From positions 640,001-704,000 of the forward strand of contig CAXXNF010000002.1 in the NCBI GenBank assembly GCA_963666365.2: a stretch of 64,000 nt of DNA, in the 5' to 3' direction. A program made the translations under genes and the position numbers. This document shows positions 1-10,672 of this stretch, in pieces. The stretch comes from Syntrophales bacterium (GTDB lineage Bacteria > Desulfobacterota > Syntrophia > Syntrophales > UBA2210). The stretch's first letter is position 1, and every line of letters starts with the position of its first letter. Under the pieces are notes generated by a model. It did no database searches, had not been told where the DNA came from, and saw only the letters and a list, made by a program, of their open reading frames with translations.

Positions 1-43
1 CATGTTATGACCTTTGACAAATAGCTAAAGGAGAAATTTCTTC

Positions 44-1294
44 ATGATCCACGATGAACAGTTTCGTCGTATATGCGATAAAATCGACTCTTACCAGGAT
101 GACATGGTCGATTTGCAATTCGGACTTACGGCAATTCCGGCGCTGGCCCCGGAAAGCGGTGGCGACGGGGAACAGGAAAAGGCGGCCTTTTTGTCGAAGT
201 ATCTGAGGAAGGCGGGATTTGGAGAACTCACCTCCTACAATGCTCCAGATCCGAGAACATCATCGGGAATACGTCCAAATCTTGTTACGATAATTCCCGG
301 TCGACGCACCGAAAGAACGATATGGATTATTACCCATTTGGATATAGTGCCTCCCGGCGAGCTTTCATTTTGGACTACAAATCCCTATGAAGGCGTCCGG
401 GAAGGAAACAAGGTCTTTGGAAGGGGAACTGAAGACAATCAACAGGATATGGTAGCCTCTATCTTTACGGCGAAGGCGTTCATCGATGAAGGGATTACCC
501 CTGAATCGAACATTGGGCTGGCCTTTGTTGCCGATGAAGAAACGGGAAGTCAAAAGGGATTAGGCTTTCTTCTCGAAAACAAAGCCGACCTATTTAAAAA
601 AAGCGACAGTGTCGTTGTTCCCGACTTTGGAAACGAGGAAGGTTCGGCCATCGAGATTGCAGAAAAAAGTATCCTCTGGCTGCGCATCAAGACAAGAGGT
701 AAACAGTGTCACGCCAGCGTGCCGTCATTGGGAATAAATGCCTTTGCCGCAGCATCGCACCTTGTGGTGCGGCTGAGAGAGCTTTACCGACGTTTCAGTG
801 CTGTTGATGTCCTTTATGACCCGCCGATCAGCACGTTCGAACCGACGAAAAAAGAAGCAAATGTTCCCAATGTAAACACAATCCCCGGTGAAGATGTATT
901 CTATTTGGACTGCCGTGTGCTTCCTCGATACCCGCTTGCTGACATTATTTCAGCAATTAAAGAAATAAGGTGCGACGTTGAGACACAATTGAACGTTTCC
1001 ATTGAAATATCCACTGTTCAGGAAGTGCAGGCGCCTCCTCCTACACCTGAGGATGCACCGGTGATCATCTCGCTTCGTGAAGCGATACACGCGGTCCGTC
1101 ATATTGAGGCGATGCCTTTCGGCATAGGTGGCGGCACCGTAGCGGCACTTTTTCGTCAAAGGGGGATTCCTGCCGCTGTCTGGTCAAAAGTGAATCACAT
1201 GGCTCATCAGCCGAATGAGTACTGCCTCATTGAAGACATGATAATGAATGCCAAAGTATTCGCGCACTTATGTCTGCAGAAGCCTCCTGCATAG
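44..1294 (+). CDS. M20 family metallohydrolase (DapE/ArgE-like)
   Basis: M20 motifs HLDIVPPG, GRGTEDNQQ, ADEETGS and C-terminal AHQPNEY; SD AAGGAG upstream. Confidence 0.9.
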   Translation: MIHDEQFRRICDKIDSYQDDMVDLQFGLTAIPALAPESGGDGEQEKAAFLSKYLRKAGFGELTSYNAPDPRTSSGIRPNLVTIIPGRRTERTIWIITHLDIVPPGELSFWTTNPYEGVREGNKVFGRGTEDNQQDMVASIFTAKAFIDEGITPESNIGLAFVADEETGSQKGLGFLLENKADLFKKSDSVVVPDFGNEEGSAIEIAEKSILWLRIKTRGKQCHASVPSLGINAFAAASHLVVRLRELYRRFSAVDVLYDPPISTFEPTKKEANVPNVNTIPGEDVFYLDCRVLPRYPLADIISAIKEIRCDVETQLNVSIEISTVQEVQAPPPTPEDAPVIISLREAIHAVRHIEAMPFGIGGGTVAALFRQRGIPAAVWSKVNHMAHQPNEYCLIEDMIMNAKVFAHLCLQKPPA

Positions 1295-1435
1295 CGAAAG
1301 TGAAAAGAGTTGCAATCGGGTACGTGAAGTGGTAGCATTCTTTACCCTGCGAAAATACATGAACACCTGTTTGCTGGTATGAGGTATGTCGCGGGTATGT
1401 TTTTATGCGCCGTAAGATAAGGTAGAACTTATATT

Positions 1436-2428
1436 TTGAAGACGCAGCCGATAGACAATAGTTCAATCAAAAAAATAGAATTTCCTGACAATTCCGCCAT
1501 TAAAATGCTGCTGGGCGAGCATGGGAAAAATGTCAAACTTTTAGAAGAGCGGGAGCAGGTAAAAATAGCTACACGCGGCAATGTAATCTCTGTGTCAGGA
1601 GAAGCAAGGCGGGTTGATTTTGTAAGTAATTTGCTCAACCAGCTTTATGCCTTAGCGGAAAAGGGATACGCCATTTATGCCAGTGACATTGATCATGCGC
1701 AGAGGATACTGGCAGGCAATCATTCCGCAGAAATAGAGCAGATCTTTCTCGACAAGGTGTTTATTTCATCGAAAAAGAAGGTGATAACTCCCAAAAGCAT
1801 CAACCAGAAACACTATATTGATGCAATCCGGTCATATGACATTGTGTTTGGAATCGGACCGGCAGGTACGGGTAAAACCTACCTTGCCATGGCGATGGCG
1901 GTGGCCGCGCTTTTTGAAAAAAAAGTGAATCGCATCGTACTGACACGACCGGCAGTGGAGGCGGGGGAACGCCTTGGATTTCTTCCTGGCGATCTGGCGG
2001 AAAAAGTCAATCCCTATCTCAGGCCTGTCTATGATGCACTTTATGACATGATGGATTTCGAACGTGCTTCTGCAATGATTGCAAAAGGTATTATTGAAGT
2101 AGCGCCCCTGGCATTTATGAGGGGCAGGACACTGAACGATTCTTTTGTTATCCTCGACGAGGCGCAGAATACCACGCCCGAGCAGATGAAAATGTTTCTC
2201 ACGAGGCTTGGATTTGATTCTAAGGCAGTTATTACCGGAGATGTTACTCAGACAGATCTTCCTCCCGACAAGATGTCAGGCTTGATACATGCAGCACAGA
2301 TTCTCAGTGAGACGAAGGGTATTAAATTCGTTAATTTTTCCGATATTGATGTAGTACGCCATCCGTTGGTGCAAGATATTATTCGCGCCTACAACAATCT
2401 GAATCATACCGAAACACGAGATGAATGA
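1436..2428 (+). CDS. phoH: PhoH-like ATPase (YbeZ type, N-terminal KH-like region)
   Basis: GPAGTGKT Walker A, LTRPAVEAGERLGFLPGD, RGRTL, LDEAQN; TTG start. Confidence 0.95.
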   Translation: MKTQPIDNSSIKKIEFPDNSAIKMLLGEHGKNVKLLEEREQVKIATRGNVISVSGEARRVDFVSNLLNQLYALAEKGYAIYASDIDHAQRILAGNHSAEIEQIFLDKVFISSKKKVITPKSINQKHYIDAIRSYDIVFGIGPAGTGKTYLAMAMAVAALFEKKVNRIVLTRPAVEAGERLGFLPGDLAEKVNPYLRPVYDALYDMMDFERASAMIAKGIIEVAPLAFMRGRTLNDSFVILDEAQNTTPEQMKMFLTRLGFDSKAVITGDVTQTDLPPDKMSGLIHAAQILSETKGIKFVNFSDIDVVRHPLVQDIIRAYNNLNHTETRDE

Positions 2429-4824
2429 CACCGGAAGGTATTGCCATGTATAAGCGCACGGGAAAATCTAGAAGGGGGAAAAGCGTTGTTGTCGCAGCAT
2501 CCAAACTCATCCCTCCCCTCTTCAAAAATCTGATGTTTCAGCGATGGATCACTGCTGTGGGACTTTGTCTTGCGCTGACTTTTTTTCTCTCGCCGCAGCT
2601 CGATTTTGGTGTTCCTGAATATAAGGTGGGATCAATAGCTATCAACGACGTGAAGGCGGATCGTGATTTTCTGGTGGAAGACAGGGCATCTACGGAACAG
2701 AAAAAAACCGATGCCCTTAAAGAGGTTCCCCCGATTTACGATTATGACAGAAAGATGCCGGCAAAAATCGGTATAAGCCTTTCCAGTATCTTTTTGAAGG
2801 CTGAAAAAGATCTGCATGAAAAAAAGGGCGTTGAAGAAATTCAGCAGGAAGTTGTGGCGCGCTTCGAAAATGATTTGCGAGTATCGATTGCAGACAGCGA
2901 ACTCAAAGACCTTACCGATCGGAAATTTACATTTCAGATATGTCACAATATTGTTAAGCTCATATACTCTGCCTACGAACAACGCTTGATCGGAGATGAA
3001 TCTCTTTCCGGAAGCCCCAAAAGCACTCACATTATTGTGCACGACATTGACACAGAAAAGGAAATTCACCTCAAGGATCTTTCAAGCATTGTCTCAATGG
3101 AGGATATTTCTTCCCTTTTGAGAACCCGAGCGAACGCGCTGTTAGCGGATGAAGATAAAAAAGTCAGAAAACTGTCGTTGAGTATAGCTGAAAAACTCAT
3201 TCGACCGAACATTACTTTTGCAAAATATGCGACCGAACAAAGAAAAAATGAAACGCTCGCTACGGTTAAGCCGGTATTTTACAAGGTCCTGAAAAATGAG
3301 ATGATTGTGCGAGAAGGACAAAAAATGGCGGCAGTGGACTTGGAAAAACTGAACACGCTGTCGAAAAATGAACACGAAAGCTGCTTCATTCACACTTCCT
3401 TGCTCGTGGGCATGTTTATAATTTTTATGATTCTTTCCACTCTTCTTTTCAATATTTCCAAAAACTGGAGTGCGTCACTGAAGCGATCGAATATCGATCT
3501 TCTTTTTATGGCACTCATCGCATTGTTACAAATCATACTTGTGAAAGCCGGTATTTTCATCGCCGAGGCAACGGACAGTTCTTTACAATATTTTCCACTG
3601 GATGCGTATTTCTATGCAATTCCCTTTACTGCAGGCGCAATGCTTGTCGCAGTAATGCTGGGCAGTAAAGAGATGGGCCTTATATTCTCTGTCTTCACTT
3701 CTTTTCTCATAACATTTCTTTTTCAAGATAAGGCAGGAATGTTCATATACTCGCTCGGAGGCTCGATAGTCGCTTCCTACTACATAATTCACTGTAAACA
3801 ACGGTCCGCATTCTTTAAAGCCGGCCTCATTGTCGGTCTTGTGAACTGTCTTATCATGACTGCTCTCGCCCTTCTTACGGGAAAAATTCTGACTATGGAA
3901 CTTGTATTCAAGCTTCCCATGGCTATTATCGGTGGAATAGGCTCCGGAATTATCGTCTCAGGAACAGTTCCTCTTTTTGAAACGATCTTCGGGTATAAAA
4001 CGGACATTAAATTGCTGGAGCTGGCAAATTTAAATCAGCCGATTTTTCAGGAAATGATCATTTCCGCACCCGGCACGTACCATCACTCTATTATTGTCGC
4101 ATCAATGGTCGAAGCGGCAGCGGAAGAGATATCCGCGAATCCCCTTCTGGCAAAGGTCAGCGCCTACTATCACGATATAGGAAAGATGAAAAAGCCTCTT
4201 TATTTCGTAGAAAACCAGCAAACCTGGGAGAACAAACATGACAAGCTGACGCCGTCGATGAGCAGTCGCGTCATCATTTCACATGTGAAGGATGGCTGCG
4301 AAATGGCAAGAAAGCTGAAACTGGGGAGCCAGATCGAAGACATTATACGCCAGCACCATGGCACCCGTCTGGCGGTGTATTTTTACGAAAAAGCAAAAAA
4401 AGAACAGGACCGTTCCCGACATGTAATTCTGGAAAGCGACTTTCGATATCCCGGACCAAAACCACAGTCGAAAGAGGCAGGGCTGGTCCTTATTGCCGAC
4501 AGTGTGGAGGCTTCATCGAGAACCCTGAAAGATCCGACGCTTACAAGAATACGAGCACTTGTTGATGCGCGTATAAGGGAAATTGTCGAAGATAGTCAAT
4601 TGGCTGAATCGGAACTGACCTTTAGCGATCTGCACAAAATTGCCGGAAGCTTCACAAGAATCCTCAACGGTATTTTTCATCATCGCATAGAGTATATCGA
4701 TACGGATAAGGTATATAAAAATGGAGAAAAGAACGGACAATTTCGTAAAAAACCAACAATCAAAGATATCCGTAAATCCCTGCGAGTCACAACAGGCACT
4801 CATACGCATTATGGCACTACTTGA
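2425..4824 (+). CDS. 7TM-HD membrane phosphohydrolase (PgpH/YqfF-like)
   Basis: N-terminal TM, large extracytoplasmic region, about 7 TM helices, HD domain APGTYHHS...YYHDIGK...HHGT...ADSVEA; lies between phoH and ybeY. Confidence 0.9.
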   Translation: MTPEGIAMYKRTGKSRRGKSVVVAASKLIPPLFKNLMFQRWITAVGLCLALTFFLSPQLDFGVPEYKVGSIAINDVKADRDFLVEDRASTEQKKTDALKEVPPIYDYDRKMPAKIGISLSSIFLKAEKDLHEKKGVEEIQQEVVARFENDLRVSIADSELKDLTDRKFTFQICHNIVKLIYSAYEQRLIGDESLSGSPKSTHIIVHDIDTEKEIHLKDLSSIVSMEDISSLLRTRANALLADEDKKVRKLSLSIAEKLIRPNITFAKYATEQRKNETLATVKPVFYKVLKNEMIVREGQKMAAVDLEKLNTLSKNEHESCFIHTSLLVGMFIIFMILSTLLFNISKNWSASLKRSNIDLLFMALIALLQIILVKAGIFIAEATDSSLQYFPLDAYFYAIPFTAGAMLVAVMLGSKEMGLIFSVFTSFLITFLFQDKAGMFIYSLGGSIVASYYIIHCKQRSAFFKAGLIVGLVNCLIMTALALLTGKILTMELVFKLPMAIIGGIGSGIIVSGTVPLFETIFGYKTDIKLLELANLNQPIFQEMIISAPGTYHHSIIVASMVEAAAEEISANPLLAKVSAYYHDIGKMKKPLYFVENQQTWENKHDKLTPSMSSRVIISHVKDGCEMARKLKLGSQIEDIIRQHHGTRLAVYFYEKAKKEQDRSRHVILESDFRYPGPKPQSKEAGLVLIADSVEASSRTLKDPTLTRIRALVDARIREIVEDSQLAESELTFSDLHKIAGSFTRILNGIFHHRIEYIDTDKVYKNGEKNGQFRKKPTIKDIRKSLRVTTGTHTHYGTT

Positions 4825-5191
4825 ATGTGACGATAATGAAGTGTCTGTGGTGTTTCTCGACGACGACGGCATACAGAAAATAAATCAACAGTACTTAAAG
4901 AGAAACAGGCCGACAAACGTTATAGCCTTTTCCATGCAAGAGGGTGAATTTGGGGGTGTAAATCCCTCAATTCTGGGGGATATCATCATATCGGTAGAAA
5001 CGGCGCAAAGAGACGCCCTTGAAGGCGACATGCCGCTGGAACATATGATTGACTATCTTATGATCCATGGAATTCTTCATCTTATAGGTTACGATCATGA
5101 GGGAGATATAACCGAAGCGAAGAAAATGAAAGAAAAAGAAATAGAACTTTTTAATCGCATGCACGGCTATTCCATCGAAGAGAGAGAATAA
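4721..5191 (+). CDS. ybeY: rRNA maturation endoribonuclease YbeY
   Basis: PTNVIAF, LGDIIIS, HGILHLIGYDH metal-binding motif; exact start uncertain. Confidence 0.95.
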   Translation: MEKRTDNFVKNQQSKISVNPCESQQALIRIMALLECDDNEVSVVFLDDDGIQKINQQYLKRNRPTNVIAFSMQEGEFGGVNPSILGDIIISVETAQRDALEGDMPLEHMIDYLMIHGILHLIGYDHEGDITEAKKMKEKEIELFNRMHGYSIEERE

Positions 5192-5223
5192 ATCCTCGTA
5201 TTCAAGTAGTTACCATTCAAAAA

Positions 5224-7146
5224 TTATTCAACCAACAGCTTTTGCCCGGGATAAATGACATCGTTTTTGGAAAGATCATTAAGGGTAAGCAGCCTGTCGA
5301 GATCCATGTTGTTCGCTCGTGCAATTATGTATGGATTATCACCCTTTCTCACAACGTAGGTCTTCAGTGTGTCTTTCGTCCCCAACTGGGAAGGGGCGGC
5401 GGCATCAGATAATTTTACAATTTTCAGCCGCTGTCCGATACTCAGGCCGTTGCTGGAAAGATTGTTACTGCTGCGAATCTCCGATACTGTTGTACCAAAC
5501 CTTTTTGCCAGACCCCACAGAGAGTCACCTTTCATTACATGATAGGTGATTGCTGCCCCCGGGGCGCTACTGCCTGAGGATTTTGAGGGCGTCCTGTGCA
5601 ACACATAGCCGCGAACCGGAATTTTCAACCATTTTCCGGCGCGAATGCTGTGTTTATTGCGCAATCCGTTTGCTTGAACGATGACAGAAATCGAGCTTCC
5701 ATATTTTGACGCAATGCTGGAGAGAGATTCCCCTTTTCGTATTTTGTGACGAACCCACTCTCCGCCTCCCGGTTTTTTTGCACCGGGTATCGCATCGATT
5801 GCGGAGATCAGCATGCCGCTTTTTCCTTGTGGAATCTTGAGCGTGTATTCACTGTCAGGGGTAATTTTATACCGCAATTCGGAGTTGAGCTGTGCCAAGA
5901 CTTCCGTCGGTTCACCAATACGGGAAGCTATGTCCTCAAGCTTCATACTTTTCGATATGATAACGGTTTCGTAAGGAACAGCCTTTTCGCATATCTCCCT
6001 TTCAAGATCAAATCCATATTTTCCAGGTTCTTTGATGATGTTAAGAGTGGCGATGAAACGCGGGACGTATCGTGCCGTCTCCAGTGGCAGCTGAACGTAG
6101 AGATCCCAGAAATTATCGAGATAGTTCATATGCTGCCGTGAAATAACGCGAAGAACCCTTCCTTCACCACAGTTATAGGCGGCTAGGACGGTGAGCCAAT
6201 CCCCAAAGATTGAATGAAGCTCTTTAAGATAGGCGATCGCAGCCTCTGTCGATTTTTCGACGTCCATGCGTTCATCAACCCAGAGATCACGCTTCAGCCC
6301 GAATTTATAGCCCGTTGATGGTATAAATTGCCATAATCCAAGTGCGCGGGCCTGGGAAAGTGCCTTTATTTTAAAACCGCTTTCTACAAGTGGAAGCCAT
6401 TTAAGTTCTTCAGGGAGACCTGCTTTCTTGATGTGTGCGGCGATTATTGGAATATAGTTGCCCGCCCGTCGATATGAGTGAAGAAAAAAATTTCTTTCTT
6501 CTTTTTGAAAGCGCTTTATCTCCCGCTCCACCTGGCTGTTGACAGTGAGCGGAATTTCTCCCTGATGCCCCGCGGCCACATTGCTTCGCGATGCATATAT
6601 TTCAACAATTCTTTTCGCAATGAGCAAACGCAAATCATCCTTTTGCCAGGAAAGATCAGGATCTCCATTGACATTCATTACAAACGAATAGGCTTCGTCA
6701 AGGAGGCTCAGTGCATTATCGAGTTCTCCTCGTTCCCAAAGTCTTTGCGATTGACTGAGAAGAGCAAGAGCATCATCGACAGCTTCCTGCTCACTGTTTT
6801 TGCTCTGGCTGCTGTTTTGTGCTTTCTCTTTCGTTCCAGTAAATACTGCTGCAGCGTTATCGTCATCAATGCTTTTTTCTTCATCACTGTCTGATTCCTT
6901 CTTTACCCCGGTTTTTTCGGCAGTCCTTTTTATACATCCATCTTCCCCGGAACCGGGAGCGTCCTCATTTTTTAGACTCCCATTCTGGCGGTCTGCTCTA
7001 TCTCTATCAGAAATTACCCTGTTGTCGTTAAGCCGTCTTTCTTGTGTTTTACTATTCTGCACTTGCTGAATGGGAAAATGGGTGCAGGAGAAAGAAAACA
7101 AAGCACACAAAAGAAGAGTAAAAAGTGTCCATATAACGTGCCGCAT
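5224..7146 (-). CDS. mltD: MltD-like lytic murein transglycosylase with LysM repeats (probable lipoprotein)
   Basis: Lipobox-like FSFSC; SLT motifs VESGF, GLWQFIPSTG, AAYNCGEG; three C-terminal LysM repeats. Confidence 0.85.
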   Translation of the reverse strand: MRHVIWTLFTLLLCALFSFSCTHFPIQQVQNSKTQERRLNDNRVISDRDRADRQNGSLKNEDAPGSGEDGCIKRTAEKTGVKKESDSDEEKSIDDDNAAAVFTGTKEKAQNSSQSKNSEQEAVDDALALLSQSQRLWERGELDNALSLLDEAYSFVMNVNGDPDLSWQKDDLRLLIAKRIVEIYASRSNVAAGHQGEIPLTVNSQVEREIKRFQKEERNFFLHSYRRAGNYIPIIAAHIKKAGLPEELKWLPLVESGFKIKALSQARALGLWQFIPSTGYKFGLKRDLWVDERMDVEKSTEAAIAYLKELHSIFGDWLTVLAAYNCGEGRVLRVISRQHMNYLDNFWDLYVQLPLETARYVPRFIATLNIIKEPGKYGFDLEREICEKAVPYETVIISKSMKLEDIASRIGEPTEVLAQLNSELRYKITPDSEYTLKIPQGKSGMLISAIDAIPGAKKPGGGEWVRHKIRKGESLSSIASKYGSSISVIVQANGLRNKHSIRAGKWLKIPVRGYVLHRTPSKSSGSSAPGAAITYHVMKGDSLWGLAKRFGTTVSEIRSSNNLSSNGLSIGQRLKIVKLSDAAAPSQLGTKDTLKTYVVRKGDNPYIIARANNMDLDRLLTLNDLSKNDVIYPGQKLLVE

Positions 7147-7232
7147 AGCAACATTCCTTCACGGGTAGAGTTCCCGCATAACTGTTTTTAACTGAATTCC
7201 CTACTAAACCGTTTCATCTACAATTGCAATGA

Positions 7233-8349
7233 CTAATTTACTTTGCTGTTATCAGCCGCAAAGCTCACAAGATATGTTTCTATGAAACCGTCGATATCAC
7301 CATCGAGCACTCTGTCCACATTTCCCGTCTCCATATTTGTTCTGTGGTCCTTGATCATTTTGTAGGGATGCAGCACATAGGATCGAATCTGGCTGCCCCA
7401 GGCGATATCCTTTTTTGTTTTATTGATTTCATTAATTTTCTCATTTTTTTCTTCCAGATGCATTTCATAGAGCCTTGATTTTAATACCTTCATAGCCGTT
7501 GCACGATTTTTGTGTTGTGAACGCTCGTTCTGACACTGCACCACGATGCCTGTGGGCAAATGGGTAATTCTGACTGCAGAGTCGGTTTTGTTGACGTGCT
7601 GCCCACCAGCGCCGCTTGACCGGTAGGTGTCGATTCTTAAATCGGTTTCGTCGATTTCAATTGCAATATCGTCGTCGATTTCAGGATAGACAAACACTGA
7701 GGCGAAGGATGTGTGTCTCCTCTTCCCCGTATCAAAGGGGGATATGCGTACGAGACGGTGTATTCCAATTTCCGCTTTGGCATAGCCGTAGGCGTATTCG
7801 CCTTCCATCGTTATTGTTACGCTCTTGATTCCAGCTTCATCTCCCGGCTGATAATCAATTATATCGGTTGCAAACCCTCGGCGTTCGGCCCACCGCAGGT
7901 ACATGCGAAGCAGCATTTCCGCCCAATCCTGAGCTTCCGTACCTCCCGCGCCTGCGTGGATGGACATAATGGCGCTTTTGGGATCTTCCTCACTTCCCAA
8001 CATTAATTTAAATTCTTCTTTTTTAAGATATGCCTCCAGATGATAAAGTTCTTCCTTTATGTCCTTAAGAGTATGAATGTCGTTTTCCTCCCGGGCAAGA
8101 TCAAAGAGCGCCGTTATATCTTCAAGGGCGGATTTTTTTTCTTTCCACAGGCGGATGGGCTCTTCTAACCGGCTTTTTTCCTTGAGTACCCCCCGCGCAT
8201 GTTCGGGATCATTCCAGAAATCAGTCTTGAGAGATTTCTTCTCGAGTTCTGCAATACGTTCCGTCGCGTTTTCTATGTCAAAGACAGCCTCTGAGGTTTT
8301 CGATTCTGCCCTTTATTTCTTTCAAGCTTTCCGCAATGTGTTCAATCAT
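7233..8349 (-). CDS. prfB: Peptide chain release factor 2, made by programmed +1 frameshift (about 371 aa)
   Basis: GGQ and SPF motifs; 23-codon ORF from ATG 8349 (MIEHIAESLKEIKGRIENLRGCL) ends at CTT TGA C; the +1 frame from 8279 runs open into the 8003 ORF. Confidence 0.97.
8277..8292 (-). promoter_or_regulatory. RF2 autoregulatory +1 ribosomal frameshift site
   Basis: Minus strand AGAGGC TGT CTT TGA C: SD-like element followed by the canonical CTTTGAC. Confidence 0.93.
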
Positions 8350-9875
8350 GGTCTTCTCCTCTTTAACGATATTCCCAGCATTATTATGGTTACAATAATG
8401 CAGATCCTGGCAAATAAATCCCCATAGCGCGTGTATACTGTAACAATGTCAGCGAACCGGACATTTCCCTGTATCACTTCGCGGGTAAACAAGCGCGACT
8501 TCGTGACCACTTCCCCAACCGGGGTTACGATTGCACTGATGCCTGTATTTGCCGCTCGAACCAGGTAGGTGCGATTTTCGATTGCGCGGAATACAGCCAT
8601 ACTCATGTGCTGGTAGGGCGCTGACGTTGTACCGTACCAGGCGTCATTCGTTATATTCACAAGCAAGTCGGCGCCGCGTTTTTTATATTCCCTGCTGATA
8701 TCCGGAAAAATTCCTTCATAACAGATAAGAACGCCGACGGCAATGCCGTCAATTGACAGGGGGACCAACTCACTCCCGGCCATAAAATCACCCACACCCG
8801 CCACCATTTTGTCGATAAAAAAAAGAAGTCCCCTCAACGGCACATATTCTCCGAAGGGCACCAGGTGTGTCTTGTCATATTTGCCGGTCACTTCGCCTTC
8901 CTTCGATATCAGGTAGGCACTGTTCATGAGAGATCGCCCCCTTTGTTCGACGCGGTAACTTGGCGCGCCGAACAAAAGGTATCCCTTCGCCTCCCTGGCA
9001 ATTGCAACAATGGTTCTGTGCAGATCAGTAATATCCTGAAAAAAAAGAGGCGCCGCCGTCTCCGGCCAGACAATCAATTGGGGAGAAGTGTTTTCTGTGG
9101 CTGTTCCCAGGGATAATTCCCTGTACACAGCTATGGATTCCTTTTGATACTCGGGATTCCATTTCACCGCCTGATCAATGTTGCCCTGAATAAGAGACAC
9201 GCGAACAATCTCATCTGCATCTGCAAATGCCTTTTCAATCGTTGCCGTACGATAGCTGCCGTAGAACAGGACAAGCCCTATCAAAAAGATTCCTGCTGCG
9301 ACTTCAAAAAATACTCGTCTTTTGGAAGTGAGAGTCGCTATATCATAGATTAAGCAATTTATAAATATGATCAGGAAACTGAGCCCGTGCACTCCCGTCA
9401 CGTCAACTATCTGTATGAGCCACGAAACGTCGTGTTGAGAATATCCCATATTCTCCCATGGAAAGCCGCTCAGCAGGTTCGATTTTCCATATTCGAGCGC
9501 GGTCCATAAAAACGGCGCCGTAAGCAGATACGGCAAATTTCTCTTTTCAAAAAAGGAAATAAACAGTGCAAAAATACCGCAATAGAGGCTGAGATAGCAG
9601 GCAAATAAAACCATCACGGCGACAGCAAGGTAGACGGGAAGATTGCCGTAATGAACGGTGACAAATATTACCCAATAAATGATGCCTATGTGAAAAGTGA
9701 TGCCGGCAATCACTCCCAGACTGAAGGATTCACGGAGAGTTTTTCCTTGTATCGCAAAAAAAAGCGGAGTGAATGCTATCCAGGCGAGATACCAGAGATC
9801 ACATTTCGGAAATGAAAGAAAGAGCAGTAATCCTGACAGTATCGCAAGAAAAATACCTTTCCAGTCCATTTTCAT
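8346..9875 (-). CDS. lnt: Apolipoprotein N-acyltransferase
   Basis: Multi-TM N-terminus; nitrilase-fold motifs QGNI, WPETA, YDKTHLVPFGEY, ICYE, RAANTGIS; ATGA overlap with prfB. Confidence 0.96.
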   Translation of the reverse strand: MKMDWKGIFLAILSGLLLFLSFPKCDLWYLAWIAFTPLFFAIQGKTLRESFSLGVIAGITFHIGIIYWVIFVTVHYGNLPVYLAVAVMVLFACYLSLYCGIFALFISFFEKRNLPYLLTAPFLWTALEYGKSNLLSGFPWENMGYSQHDVSWLIQIVDVTGVHGLSFLIIFINCLIYDIATLTSKRRVFFEVAAGIFLIGLVLFYGSYRTATIEKAFADADEIVRVSLIQGNIDQAVKWNPEYQKESIAVYRELSLGTATENTSPQLIVWPETAAPLFFQDITDLHRTIVAIAREAKGYLLFGAPSYRVEQRGRSLMNSAYLISKEGEVTGKYDKTHLVPFGEYVPLRGLLFFIDKMVAGVGDFMAGSELVPLSIDGIAVGVLICYEGIFPDISREYKKRGADLLVNITNDAWYGTTSAPYQHMSMAVFRAIENRTYLVRAANTGISAIVTPVGEVVTKSRLFTREVIQGNVRFADIVTVYTRYGDLFARICIIVTIIMLGISLKRRRP

Positions 9876-10672
9876 TTGAAAGATATGTCCTTTTGAGTGC
9901 TCTGACGCTTGCGTCCCCTATTGATCTTTTGGTCCGACTCCTGCCCTGTTTTTCGAATTTTCACCTTCTTGATGCTTCGTTCGTCAGCAGATTCAATGGT
10001 CAATTCGAGGTCACCGTAATGAATCAACTCTCCGGTTATGGGTATCTTTTTTATCAGATGAAATATGAATCCTCCCAGCGTTTCAAATTGCCCATCCGGC
10101 ACTTCGAGATCAAAATACTTCTCAAATTCTTCTATTTCAGCTCTCCCGTCGACCATTACATCCCCGTTCGAAAGTCTTACGAAGGCCTCTTCTTCCACAT
10201 CATGTTCATCGTGAATTTCGCCCACAATTTCCTCGATGAGGTCTTCAAGCGTCACAAGACCGGAAGTTCCTCCATATTCGTCAATTACTATGGCCATGTG
10301 AGATTTCATTTCCTTCAGTTCATGAAGAAGAAAGTGAATACTTTTTGTTTCCGGAATAAAATAAACCTTTCTCAATATCGACACGATATCCTTTACTGCT
10401 ATTGATTTTGACCAGAAACGGAGGAGGTCTTTTACATTCAGCACCCCGACTATATTGTCGATATTGTCAGTATATACGGGCATTCTTGTATGGCCGTGCT
10501 TCATGACCATGTCCAGTATTTCATCGATCGTGGAATCGCTGCTTATCGCAACCATTTCGGTGCGGGGGACCATTACCTCACGGGCAACTGTTTCGCTTAG
10601 TTCGAGGATGCTCTGAATCATCTCAACGGACTGCTGATCGATCAAACCTTCATCCCCGCCGATGTCGACCAA
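9872..10672 (-). CDS. corC: CorC/YbeX (HlyC-family CBS + CorC domain) protein; true start may be ATT at 10768
   Basis: REVMVPRTEM, HTRMPVY, IVIDEYGGTSGLVTLEDLIEEIVGEI, FETLGGF; directly upstream of lnt. Confidence 0.88.
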   Translation of the reverse strand: MVDIGGDEGLIDQQSVEMIQSILELSETVAREVMVPRTEMVAISSDSTIDEILDMVMKHGHTRMPVYTDNIDNIVGVLNVKDLLRFWSKSIAVKDIVSILRKVYFIPETKSIHFLLHELKEMKSHMAIVIDEYGGTSGLVTLEDLIEEIVGEIHDEHDVEEEAFVRLSNGDVMVDGRAEIEEFEKYFDLEVPDGQFETLGGFIFHLIKKIPITGELIHYGDLELTIESADERSIKKVKIRKTGQESDQKINRGRKRQSTQKDISFK

